From assembly GCA_009839615.1 (NCBI GenBank), contig VXPH01000185.1:1-49437 (forward strand): DNA of 49,437 nucleotides, given 5' to 3'. Positions 16,793 through 25,729 of the stretch are shown here, piece by piece (the stretch's first letter is position 1; each line of letters opens with the position of its first letter). This DNA comes from Nitrospinota bacterium (GTDB lineage: Bacteria > UBA8248). The notes under the pieces are model-generated. The model was not told the DNA's origin, did not search any database, and saw only the letters and a program-made list of their open reading frames with translations. Both the position numbers and the translations under genes were made by a program.

Positions 16793-19700
16793 CTATTCGT
16801 TTTGGCTTCTGATAATGCCGGCGAGTTGGCCGATGATGGCGATGGAGATGGTCGGGTGCTCGTATATCAATTCGAGCAGGGGTTCTTTCTCGATACCCAG
16901 CAGTGAGGTGTCCTTGCTCGCGCGCGCGCCTGCGCTTCTGCCCTCATCGCCGAAGAGCGCGATTTCACCGAACGAGGTCGGGGGGCCGAGCGAGGCCAGA
17001 GTCTTCGCCTCTCCGTTCTCCTGGTCGAGGATGATCTCTATTTCCCCGTCGACGATGACGTAGAGATAATCGCAGGGGTCTCCCTGCTCGAAAAGAACCT
17101 TTCCTTCTTCTATCTGGATTTCCCTGGAAATGTTGCTCAGTATCTTCAGTTGATCCGCGCTCATCGCCTCGAACATGCCGACGCCTTTCAGGAACAGGGC
17201 TTTTTCGATGGTCGAGAGCATGATTTTCTCCTGTCTGGATAGATTCTCGCCGCTTCCCTCATAGCGCAGGAATTCACGGCGCACTTGAAGGCGAACCTGT
17301 TGACTCTCGTCATTTTCCATGGTTCTCAAAAACGCCTCAACATCTTCTTCATCTTTCCCGATAATTTTCAATGCGGCAACTGCGGCCTCGCGGAGGTAAG
17401 CGTCGCCCTCAGCGGCCCGCGCCTTGAATTGCGCGCGCCACTCGGCGGCGGCTCCTTCCGCTTCGCTTTGGAGGTGTTTGCCCGCCGCGTCGACGGCGAT
17501 GGCCTGGAGCCAGGCGTTCCCGGAATTCATATAGGTCGTCAGCACCTCGTCAATCGATTGTTCGGGCATCTCCCAGAGTTTCCTGCCTTCGGATACTTTA
17601 TCGGCGGTCGATCTGCCCAGGAGCAGGGGCTCGAGCGCCAGAATCAGGAGTCTCGTGTTGCCGGTCGAGGAGAAGTTCGAGAGCGTCTCGATGGCGATCG
17701 CCCTGGACGAGGAGCCGCCTCGCGCGAGGGATTCCGACACGGTGTCCACCGTTTTCTCATCCCCTATCACCCCCAGCAGCTCCAGCAGGACGAGTTTTCT
17801 TTCCTCGACGACGTCTTCGAGCGCCTTTTTCAACATCGTGAAGGCGGATGCGTTCTCCCGGCACTCGATGACGTGGAGGTGCTTGATGACGTCGTAGACT
17901 TCCTTCAGGTGCTCCACGGCGAACCCGGAGAGGGCGTCCACGATTTCCTGCGCGCTCATCTCGCGGGAGCCGTTTTTTGCGCTTCTGAACAAAAGCGGGG
18001 CGAGGAACGAAAGCATCCCGGAGCCTTCGAGAGAGAGGGTTCCTTTTCGCTTCATGTTCTTGAGGGACTCGACGACCTCCCGTCTCACCAGAAAGTCGAC
18101 GTCCGCGAGAGCGGTCAGGGCGCGCTCGAAATTCTCCCGCGAGCCGTTGTTGCCCAGTTGCCGGACGCCTCTGCGCCTGATGGCCGCGCTCTCATCCGAG
18201 GTGGTCATCCGGATGACCTCTTCCATATTCTCCTCATCGACTCCCTGGTTCATGGCCAGAACTTCTATCGCTTCCAGTGCGGCTTCGCGGACTTTCTCCT
18301 CGTTCTGGTGGAGATAGGGAATCAAGCGTTTGATGAATCGCGGGTTCTGAAGCTCCCCCATGCACCGCAGGGCGCAAACCCTGGCCGCCGCGTCTTCTTC
18401 GTTCAGCATCCGGTGGAGCGTTTGCAGGCCGTTGGCGAGCCAGAACAGATCATCGGAGCGCACGAGCAGCTCGACGGCGCGGGCCCGGACTTCGGGGGAG
18501 CCGCTCTCCAGATTCTCATGGACCAGCTCCGCCGTCTCCTCCGTCAGTCCGATGGTTTCCGCCGCATCCATGGCGGCGCACTGAAGGACGGGCTCCCCGC
18601 AAGTGAGGTATTCCTCCAGCAGGGGCCGCATTTTCTCGCCCTCTTCGGCTCCCGGAACCCTGGCGAGAATTTTCAGCAACTCGGCCGCTGCTTCTCCTTT
18701 TCGCCGGGGGATTTCTTCGAGAATGATTTGATAAGTTTCGCTTCTGCCGCTTTCCGCCATCATCTGCGCGGTGAAGACGCAAAGATCGTCGTCCCCCTCG
18801 CGGATGTTTTTTCTGAGTATCTCCATGCTCTCGTCGTCAACCGGGCCGAACCCCTCCTTGGCGTAACGGAACAGCCCCAGGTTCCTCTCCTCGAGCATCC
18901 GGCGCAGGGCGGCGCCGTATTCGCGGCGCACGAAGAAGCCGGTAGCCAGGTAGGCGAATGCGATGAACAAGGAGATGAGCGCCAACTGGCCGGGGCTGAG
19001 CGGGAATAGGGCGAGGCCGGTGGGCTTGATGATGAGCAGGGCGACGCCGCTCACGATGCTGGCCACGGCGACCACCTGGCCCGCGACGAACGCGCCGACT
19101 CTCGCGCGGATCGAGGGGGAAACGGCGTTGTAGAGCAGGGCGTTGATGGCGTTTCGAATCGATTCCTGGAGGTTCTTGTTGTTGAAGCGCAGGAAGACGG
19201 CGGAATAGAAGCCGGGCGAAATCGCCATGCCGGCGAGGCCGATGATGGTCGTCAGCGGGTAGAGGAGGTTCGCCGTCCCCAGGCCGAGCCGCTTGATGAT
19301 GCGCGGGGTGATGAACGTCTGGACGAGCAGGGAGAAGGCGCTCCCGATGGCGGTGAAGTATCCGAGGAACGAGGCGAGTTGCGCCCGATCGGGAAAGACT
19401 TCGCGAAAGACGAGGCTGTATTGAAAGTCCTGAAAACTCCGGAGAATCACGACGATGAAGCTGAAAAGCGCGAACGCACAGACGTATCTGTTTGTCTTCA
19501 TGAGCGCGAGATTGCCGCCCTTTGAGGCCGCCTTGGTTGTTTTGCGCTTTTTGGGGCCGGCATCGTCGATCATGTGGTCTTTCAGCCGCCATTCGGCGTA
19601 TTGCACCACGCCGACGCTGACGACGATGGCGCCGATCCATACGTAGAGCAGATTCGAGACGCTCCCCAGGATGGGGATGAGCAGTGGAATGGCCAGGCCG

Positions 19701-20191
19701 CCCAGGATGCCGCCGTAGCGCCCTCCCGTGAGGATGATCGGAACCAGCCGCTTGGATTGCAGGACGTCGAGATACTGCCCGTAGAGGGCGCGGAAATTGT
19801 TCGGCAGCATGTTCGTGAACATGACGAACAGCGTATGGAGGAGCGGAAATGCGATTGGCATCGCGTAGGCGCGAAAATCGGCGAAGATGAGCAGCTTGAT
19901 GCCGAAGATGAGCACGATAAAAAATACCAGGACGGTCTTGAACATCGCCGGAATCGAGAGTTTTTCGGTCAGGGAGGAGTAGAAGGTGCTGATGAAGATG
20001 ATCATCAGGGCGTTGAATATGTACATGTACGGCAGAAAGCCCGGACCGACTTCCGAGAGGAACAGGGCTTCGGATACGGTGAGCCCGATGGAGAACTGAA
20101 CCCCGATCAGGAAATAGAAGAAAAAGAACACCGAGAAGACGAGCAACTCCTCTTGCTGGATGTTGAAGGCTCTTTTGAGGAGTTTCGTCAT
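16793..20191 (-). CDS. NTT/TLC-like MFS transporter fused to HEAT repeats and a C-terminal cyclic-nucleotide-binding domain
   Basis: N-terminal ~430 aa multi-TM (ALFLSEVG...LPYMY, QSKRLVP, LASFLGYF, QTFITPRIIKRLG); central HEAT-like repeats (EVRARAVELL, KVREAALEAI); C-terminal LSTIEKALFLK...LFEQGD..YVIVDGEI..FGEIALF..RSA. Confidence 0.88.
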   Translation of the reverse strand: MTKLLKRAFNIQQEELLVFSVFFFFYFLIGVQFSIGLTVSEALFLSEVGPGFLPYMYIFNALMIIFISTFYSSLTEKLSIPAMFKTVLVFFIVLIFGIKLLIFADFRAYAMPIAFPLLHTLFVMFTNMLPNNFRALYGQYLDVLQSKRLVPIILTGGRYGGILGGLAIPLLIPILGSVSNLLYVWIGAIVVSVGVVQYAEWRLKDHMIDDAGPKKRKTTKAASKGGNLALMKTNRYVCAFALFSFIVVILRSFQDFQYSLVFREVFPDRAQLASFLGYFTAIGSAFSLLVQTFITPRIIKRLGLGTANLLYPLTTIIGLAGMAISPGFYSAVFLRFNNKNLQESIRNAINALLYNAVSPSIRARVGAFVAGQVVAVASIVSGVALLIIKPTGLALFPLSPGQLALISLFIAFAYLATGFFVRREYGAALRRMLEERNLGLFRYAKEGFGPVDDESMEILRKNIREGDDDLCVFTAQMMAESGRSETYQIILEEIPRRKGEAAAELLKILARVPGAEEGEKMRPLLEEYLTCGEPVLQCAAMDAAETIGLTEETAELVHENLESGSPEVRARAVELLVRSDDLFWLANGLQTLHRMLNEEDAAARVCALRCMGELQNPRFIKRLIPYLHQNEEKVREAALEAIEVLAMNQGVDEENMEEVIRMTTSDESAAIRRRGVRQLGNNGSRENFERALTALADVDFLVRREVVESLKNMKRKGTLSLEGSGMLSFLAPLLFRSAKNGSREMSAQEIVDALSGFAVEHLKEVYDVIKHLHVIECRENASAFTMLKKALEDVVEERKLVLLELLGVIGDEKTVDTVSESLARGGSSSRAIAIETLSNFSSTGNTRLLILALEPLLLGRSTADKVSEGRKLWEMPEQSIDEVLTTYMNSGNAWLQAIAVDAAGKHLQSEAEGAAAEWRAQFKARAAEGDAYLREAAVAALKIIGKDEEDVEAFLRTMENDESQQVRLQVRREFLRYEGSGENLSRQEKIMLSTIEKALFLKGVGMFEAMSADQLKILSNISREIQIEEGKVLFEQGDPCDYLYVIVDGEIEIILDQENGEAKTLASLGPPTSFGEIALFGDEGRSAGARASKDTSLLGIEKEPLLELIYEHPTISIAIIGQLAGIIRSQNE

Positions 20192-20288
20192 GCCGATCAC
20201 TTGTAGAGCAGTGGAGAGGATCCTTCGTGAGATTATCGCCTCCCGAAAGCCCCGGCGTGGAAGCGAACCTGATCCGGTTGATTCTAGC

Positions 20289-21905
20289 TTAGACTTTTTG
20301 AGATTTCCATGAGTAGAACGACAGGGCGTCCTCCGTCCACTGCGCGCAGTTTCGGCTGAATCTATCCCAGCGGCTGTTGGCGCATTGAGCGCGGACGGGG
20401 TCGGCGTTGCCCTCGACGATCAGGCCGTTGAGCGGCGAGAGGTCGAATTCGGCCCGAACCGGAACCCTGCCGAGCTCCTCGGGGCCGAGGAGAGACAAAA
20501 AGCGCGCAAACGCGTCGAAGGCGCCGCGAAGCTTCCCGCACAGGCGTTCCGCGCCTCCCGCAAATGCGACCAGGGGCGGAACCAAAGGCACGTAGCGGTT
20601 CAGTTCCATTCCTCCTTCGGTGCGGTTCGTGATGCTGTCCACGCCGACGCCCCCGATGGAATCGTCCGTAAATTCCACCGGAAAGAGTCTGGCGTAGAGC
20701 GTTTCCACGACCGGCCCCTCGCGGCTGAGCCTCAGATGAACGCGAACGCTGAACAGGCCGAAATCGATCCAGTCGCATATGAGCGGCCGGTAGCGCGCGT
20801 CGAACACCTGCTCGTAGTTCTCGATGGCGCTCGCCAGGAGGCGGATCGAATCCTCACGTGTGCGGGACGCTTCGCGCAGTTCGGATTCGAGTCTGGGCGC
20901 GCAGTTCTTGAGTATCTGCCCCAAAACGTCCGGGGAGGCGCCGCCTCCCGCCCTTCGGGTCTTGACGTAGGCTTTCGCGGTCGCCGGGCTGGCCTGGAAC
21001 CGGTGAACGAGCCAGTCCATCGCCTGGAGGTGCTCGTGGTTTTCGGCGTCGAGAGACAGGGGGAGGGGAATCGCATGGTCCGTCGCGACGCCGAGCCTGC
21101 TCAAGTCCGGAAGCCCGAACCCGTTGGGGTAGACGTCCAGCCGGAAGCATCCGCGTCCCCCGCCGCCTTCCAGCGGTTTGACGAAGAAAGTCCCCGTCCC
21201 CCGTTTCCGTGACAGGGCGGAGGCCCCCTCCAGAATGGCGGCGGCGGTGTCCGCAGGCCTTCCCCCGTTTAACTCCACCACTTCATAGCCGGCCGTGAGG
21301 CGACGATCAGGAGCGTCCGCTTCGGGGTTGTTCGCGTCCGTCCCGTTTCCGTTCAGGAGTTCGTACGTGGTTTTCTTGTTGGAGAGCGGGCCGCCGGGGG
21401 CGGTGATAGACCCCGGGGCCACGACGATTCCGCGCTCTTCCAGGACCCTGGCGAGGGTGGCGTCGTAGAGGCTTCTCTGGGCGGTCTGGCTGATGACGAG
21501 CAACTCTTTCGGCGCTCTGGCGGTGCGGGCCAGAAGCTCCTCCCGCCGGTTCAGGACCCTGACGGGGATGGACAACCCGAGTTGTCTCAGGTGCGCTCTC
21601 ATCACCCGCGCCGTTTCCATGGTGAGGGGCAGCCGGCTCGGGGAGCCATCCAGCAAGAGGATTTCCCCCGGACGCCGAACGGGTGGCGTGTCTTCCAGAA
21701 TGCGCAAGCCCCCGAAACGGGGCTCGCGCGACGCCCAGTGGTTGAGGCTTTCGATGAGCGTTTCGTTCAGATCACCGTCAGGCGAATCGAACTCCTGGCT
21801 CACGCGGTACAAATCCCAGACGCCGCCGCTCGCATCGGGCGTGAGATGATAGAGAGAGGGTTCCCGCGCGATGCGGGGATGGCTTGGTGTTTTCCGTGAG
21901 GCCAA
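20289..21905 (-). CDS. Divergent ATP-grasp-fold ligase; probable TTG start at 21905
   Basis: LSNKKTTYELL, FFVKPLEGGGGRGCF, terminal EFDL...IVEGNAD (ExN); the ORF-track extension to 22148 overlaps the DUF1611 gene; GAGAG precedes TTG 21905. Confidence 0.7.
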   Translation of the reverse strand: MASRKTPSHPRIAREPSLYHLTPDASGGVWDLYRVSQEFDSPDGDLNETLIESLNHWASREPRFGGLRILEDTPPVRRPGEILLLDGSPSRLPLTMETARVMRAHLRQLGLSIPVRVLNRREELLARTARAPKELLVISQTAQRSLYDATLARVLEERGIVVAPGSITAPGGPLSNKKTTYELLNGNGTDANNPEADAPDRRLTAGYEVVELNGGRPADTAAAILEGASALSRKRGTGTFFVKPLEGGGGRGCFRLDVYPNGFGLPDLSRLGVATDHAIPLPLSLDAENHEHLQAMDWLVHRFQASPATAKAYVKTRRAGGGASPDVLGQILKNCAPRLESELREASRTREDSIRLLASAIENYEQVFDARYRPLICDWIDFGLFSVRVHLRLSREGPVVETLYARLFPVEFTDDSIGGVGVDSITNRTEGGMELNRYVPLVPPLVAFAGGAERLCGKLRGAFDAFARFLSLLGPEELGRVPVRAEFDLSPLNGLIVEGNADPVRAQCANSRWDRFSRNCAQWTEDALSFYSWKSQKV

Positions 21906-21922
21906 GGTTTCGCTCTCGATGC

Positions 21923-23092
21923 CTAAAACACCGACTTGCGCTGGCGCATGAAGTGTTTGACCACCCAGTCCGCAATGGCGCCGCCCACGGCGTTGTCGGT
22001 GGCCAGGGAGGAGGGGTTCGGGGCGATGCAGCTCAAGGCGCGTATCCCCGTCATGCGGTACGCCTCCTCGCGCGCGTGCGCTTCGTTCGCGAGTATTCCG
22101 GAAATGAGCATGTTTTCCTCCTCCACCCCCAGGTGGCTTCTGAGCCAATGGACGATGAGCGTGGATTCCAGCGTATCACATGCGCAGACGATCAACCCTC
22201 TGCGCGAGAGCCAGTCTTTGACCCAGGGGTCGCTCGCCACGTCGAGGCTGGCGTCCGCGGAGGGGGAATCCGCCAGTTCCGCGATGACGATTTCCGCCTT
22301 CGCGCATGCGTGGCGAAGCAGGTTCTGGGCGCATCGCCTGATCTTGTGCCTGGAGACGCCGCACGTGGAGGCAAGGCCCGCATCGACGAAATCCCAGCCG
22401 AGTCTCGCGGAGTCGAAAAACCCGAGCGGTCTTCCGTAGTTCACCTGCATGAGATCCCGCATCCGGCCTGTTCCGGTGAGTTTCACGTATGAGACGTGGA
22501 TGCCCGAGGAGTGCAGGGCGGAGGCGAGCGAAGAGGCACACGTCGTTTTGCCCACGTCCATATCGGAGCCGGTGACCAGGATGATGGGAGCGCAGGGAAC
22601 CCCCTCTTCATCCACGGGGCAGCGGGTATCGGGGATGACAGGGAGGTCGGAAAGCAGGGCGGGTTCGCCCCGGAGCGCGACGCCCCCTTTCACCTCTATT
22701 TTCACGCACGGCGTTTCGGCGTTCGCACGGATCCCGCATACGCCGCCGACGTTCAGCAGGTCGAGCACGGCGCCCGGCGCTGCGGGGGAGTCCGGCGCAC
22801 GGCCCGAAACGCTGCGATTCGCATACCGCCCGCCGATCGCGACGACCACGTTCATCTTTTCGCGCAATTTTATTTCGCTCGTCTTCCAGGCGTCTTCCGT
22901 TCCCTGGAGGACTTCGAGCGTTTCCAGGCGATTGATGGGAGCGTTCTCGGGCGCGGCGACAACTTCACCCAGCGCGATCCCGTTCGAGGGAACGGGCCCG
23001 GGGTCGGGCGTGAAATCCGTCTGAAACGCATACGGGCTTTCAGGAGACAGGAGCAATCCTCGAGCGGTAGTTGCGAAATAATCGGTTTGCAA
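21923..23092 (-). CDS. DUF1611-family P-loop protein
   Basis: VVVAIGGRYA, LDLLNVGGVCG, Walker-like VTGSDMDVGKTT, VKLTGTGRMRD, DFVDAGLAST, IAELAD, ISGILAN. Confidence 0.8.
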   Translation of the reverse strand: MQTDYFATTARGLLLSPESPYAFQTDFTPDPGPVPSNGIALGEVVAAPENAPINRLETLEVLQGTEDAWKTSEIKLREKMNVVVAIGGRYANRSVSGRAPDSPAAPGAVLDLLNVGGVCGIRANAETPCVKIEVKGGVALRGEPALLSDLPVIPDTRCPVDEEGVPCAPIILVTGSDMDVGKTTCASSLASALHSSGIHVSYVKLTGTGRMRDLMQVNYGRPLGFFDSARLGWDFVDAGLASTCGVSRHKIRRCAQNLLRHACAKAEIVIAELADSPSADASLDVASDPWVKDWLSRRGLIVCACDTLESTLIVHWLRSHLGVEEENMLISGILANEAHAREEAYRMTGIRALSCIAPNPSSLATDNAVGGAIADWVVKHFMRQRKSVF

Positions 23093-23105
23093 TTGTCACC
23101 TTGTC

Positions 23106-24572
23106 CTAAGCGGGAGAAAGAGCAAGACGGTGCGTGAAAACATCTATCATTTCCCGGGCGGCGGGGGATATCTGCTCCTCGCCCCCTTCATAGATGGATG
23201 AGACGCCCTCGAGCTTACAGAATGCTCCCCTCGGCTCTACTATGGTGCCTTTCGCCGGGGGAGAGCAAGTGACAAGCGCCTCGTTCTCGTCTTGAACGTC
23301 GCTCAGGCGATAACCCCGCCGGATGAATTCGGGCCTCCCGTTTTGGATGGCGTAGATGCCGGGTTCCAGCGAATGGCCGATTCGCACTCTCGAAGGACTC
23401 GTGTTTCGAATCAAAAGCTGGAAACCGGACAAATCCGGGCGGCTGAGTTCGGCGGGCAAATCCCGGTGCGCGTCGAGCGCGGCGCCCGGCTTCAGGAATT
23501 CGGCCAAATGCCAAAATGTGGTGGTGGGTGCGCTGCCGTGTATTTCCTCGAGTTCGGTCATCAGTTGCGTCGTTCCCAGGACGCGCGGGTTGAGTTCGAG
23601 AGCGTAGGGTTCGTCCTCATGGACGATGAAATCGACGCCGTATATTCCCCGGTAGCCCGCCTCGGCGATCCACTCGCCGATTTTCAGGGTGAATTCCTCG
23701 ATTTTACGCCGGCTCTCCTCGGAAACCAGCCGATACGCCGCATAGTCGCTGCCCGCGTAATCGAATCGGTGCATGGAGCAGCCGGGAATTCCCGTGAACA
23801 TCACCGAGGGGTGAGACATCCAGGGCTTGCCGTCATAAATCAGCCCCGCCGTGCCGACGGCGGGGCCGCTCAGAAACGTGCTCACGATCACCGGCGCATC
23901 AACGCCCAGCTTTTCGATGAGTTGATCGCGTTTACTCGCGAGCGCCTCGGCCGAGTCGATGAAGTGCGTCTGGTTGCCCGAGGAGCCGATTCGCTCCGAA
24001 ACGATCATGACCGGCCCGAATTCTTCCAGATGCTTGAGTCCAAGATCGCCCAACGCCGCCACGTCGCCCGGGGGAACGTCGAACCCCGCTTCGACCGCCT
24101 GGCGCCGGAACGCTATCTTGTCGTCGAACCTCGTCTTGATTTCCACCGGGTTCGCCAGGATGCGGAGCCGGCCCTCGGCTTCTTCTGCGAGTTTGCCGAG
24201 GAATTCCGTGGAACGGTAGGGGATGACGTACCGTGGGGCATCCCCTTGCGAGAGATATTGGCGAATCTGCTCACCCAGGGCTCCTTCGTAGGCCTCTACG
24301 AGCGATGAATGCGTCCATACGATTCGCCTGTTCCGCCCGCGCTCCACGGCGAAATAGCGCAGGCGCCTGTCCCATTCGGGCCCGTCGAGCCCGTAGTCGC
24401 ATGCGATGAGGAAATCGAGGGGGACGATGTTTTCCACCGTAATCGAATCGACTGCGCGCAGGCCCTGGAAACCGAACGTCGCGCCGTCCGGAACGGCGGA
24501 TGTCAAGATGTCGTTGAAATCACTTTTCGTGTGAGCAGGCAAGGAGGGTGTTCCTTCACCGAGAATCATCAC
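23106..24572 (-). CDS. ATP-grasp ligase (PGM1/biotin-carboxylase-like peptide ligase type)
   Basis: FDDKIAFR, GSSGNQTHFI, YAGSDY, IGEWIAEAGYRGIYGVDFIV, LELNPRVLGTT, C-terminal PGIY. Confidence 0.82.
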   Translation of the reverse strand: MMILGEGTPSLPAHTKSDFNDILTSAVPDGATFGFQGLRAVDSITVENIVPLDFLIACDYGLDGPEWDRRLRYFAVERGRNRRIVWTHSSLVEAYEGALGEQIRQYLSQGDAPRYVIPYRSTEFLGKLAEEAEGRLRILANPVEIKTRFDDKIAFRRQAVEAGFDVPPGDVAALGDLGLKHLEEFGPVMIVSERIGSSGNQTHFIDSAEALASKRDQLIEKLGVDAPVIVSTFLSGPAVGTAGLIYDGKPWMSHPSVMFTGIPGCSMHRFDYAGSDYAAYRLVSEESRRKIEEFTLKIGEWIAEAGYRGIYGVDFIVHEDEPYALELNPRVLGTTQLMTELEEIHGSAPTTTFWHLAEFLKPGAALDAHRDLPAELSRPDLSGFQLLIRNTSPSRVRIGHSLEPGIYAIQNGRPEFIRRGYRLSDVQDENEALVTCSPPAKGTIVEPRGAFCKLEGVSSIYEGGEEQISPAAREMIDVFTHRLALSPA

Positions 24573-24765
24573 AAGTGTCCATGTGGCCCCGAAATCGAAA
24601 AACAGGCGATTCTAATTCGTTCGCCTCACGGATATCAAGACGATTCGACGATTCGGGAAACGGCGATTTCACTTTTGGGGGCTTCTGCAACGCGCAGCGC
24701 GCTATGCTAGGATGCGGGGCGTCCCAACTCCCCAAATATTGGCACCCAGGCGCGGGAACAGGTGA

Positions 24766-25698
24766 ATGTCCGAAGATAGAAAAATGTCCGACTCTGCTTT
24801 TGGTGCGGATGAGTACCCGATGATGTCGGAATCGGAACTCAGGTGGGAGATATTCCGCCGGAGCCTGATGCGCGCCAAACCGGCGATGCTCGGCGGCGTT
24901 TTTCTCATTCTGCTGGTGGTCGTTTCTCTTTCCGCCCCCCTCATCGCGCCGCAAGACCCGGGCATGGTGGACGTCAACCTGCGCCTGAAGCCTCCCGTCT
25001 GGATGGAGGGAGGAAGCGCGAGCTATATGCTGGGAACCGACGCGCTGGGCCGGGACATTCTGAGCCGGCTCATATACGGAGGGCGCGTCTCTATCCTGGT
25101 GGGCTTGAGTTCGGTGGTGATTTCCGGGGTCATCGGCATCGTCCTGGGTCTGGTCTCGGGCTTTTTCGGCGGGAAAATCGACGATCTCATCAGCGGGTTC
25201 TCCGAAATTCAACTGGCGTTTCCTTTCATTCTGCTTGCCATCACGATCATGGCGGTCGTCGGGCCGGGGCTTCTGAACATCATCGTGGTGCTGGGGATCA
25301 GCCGGTGGGTGGCGTACGGCCGCGTGGTGAGAGGGCAGGTCATCTCGATCAGGGAGCGCGAATTCGTGGAGGCCACCCGCGCCCTGGGCTATCCTTTGTA
25401 CCGCATATTGTTCATGCAGATTCTGCCCAACACCCTCTCGCCTCTCATCGTCATCGCCACCTTCGCCGTGGCGGGAAACATCATTTCCGAATCATCCTTA
25501 AGTTTCCTGGGGCTCGGTGTACCGCCTTCTGTCGTCACCTGGGGGGGCATGTTGTCCGAGGGACGCGAATATCTGCGCGGCGCCTGGTGGATGGCGACGT
25601 TTCCGGGTCTCGCCATCATGGCGACGGTATTGAGCATCAACCTTATCGGCGACTGGCTGCGGGACTACATGGACCCCCGCCTCGGCGATGATATGTAG
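24766..25698 (+). CDS. dppC: Peptide/nickel ABC transporter permease (DppC/OppC)
   Basis: LGTDALGRDILSRLIYGGRVS, AFPFILLAI, EAA loop REFVEATRALG, ILPN, ESSLSFLGLGV, INLIGDWLRD.MDPR. Confidence 0.92.
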   Translation: MSEDRKMSDSAFGADEYPMMSESELRWEIFRRSLMRAKPAMLGGVFLILLVVVSLSAPLIAPQDPGMVDVNLRLKPPVWMEGGSASYMLGTDALGRDILSRLIYGGRVSILVGLSSVVISGVIGIVLGLVSGFFGGKIDDLISGFSEIQLAFPFILLAITIMAVVGPGLLNIIVVLGISRWVAYGRVVRGQVISIREREFVEATRALGYPLYRILFMQILPNTLSPLIVIATFAVAGNIISESSLSFLGLGVPPSVVTWGGMLSEGREYLRGAWWMATFPGLAIMATVLSINLIGDWLRDYMDPRLGDDM

Positions 25699-25729
25699 GC
25701 GTTTCGTTAATTTTGAAGGGAATTTGCGC

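Noticed and set aside
14747-19009. 630-aa and 574-aa plus-strand ORFs
   Set aside because: Antisense to the octaheme cytochrome and the NTT-HEAT gene, which carry clear motifs
21906-22148. N-terminal extension of the 619-aa ORF
   Set aside because: Overlaps the DUF1611 coding end in another frame and has low-complexity R/G composition; a TTG start with RBS at 21905 fits better
24740-24756. Sigma54 promoter (TTGGCAC)
   Set aside because: -24 element present but no TTGC at -12, and it lies too close to the dppC start
20192-24765. RiPP (graspetide) precursor for the two ATP-grasp enzymes
   Set aside because: No short ORF with repeated T/S/K-D/E core motifs found in the small gaps or flanks, and neither ligase resembles the MvdC/MvdD type; a distant precursor cannot be excluded
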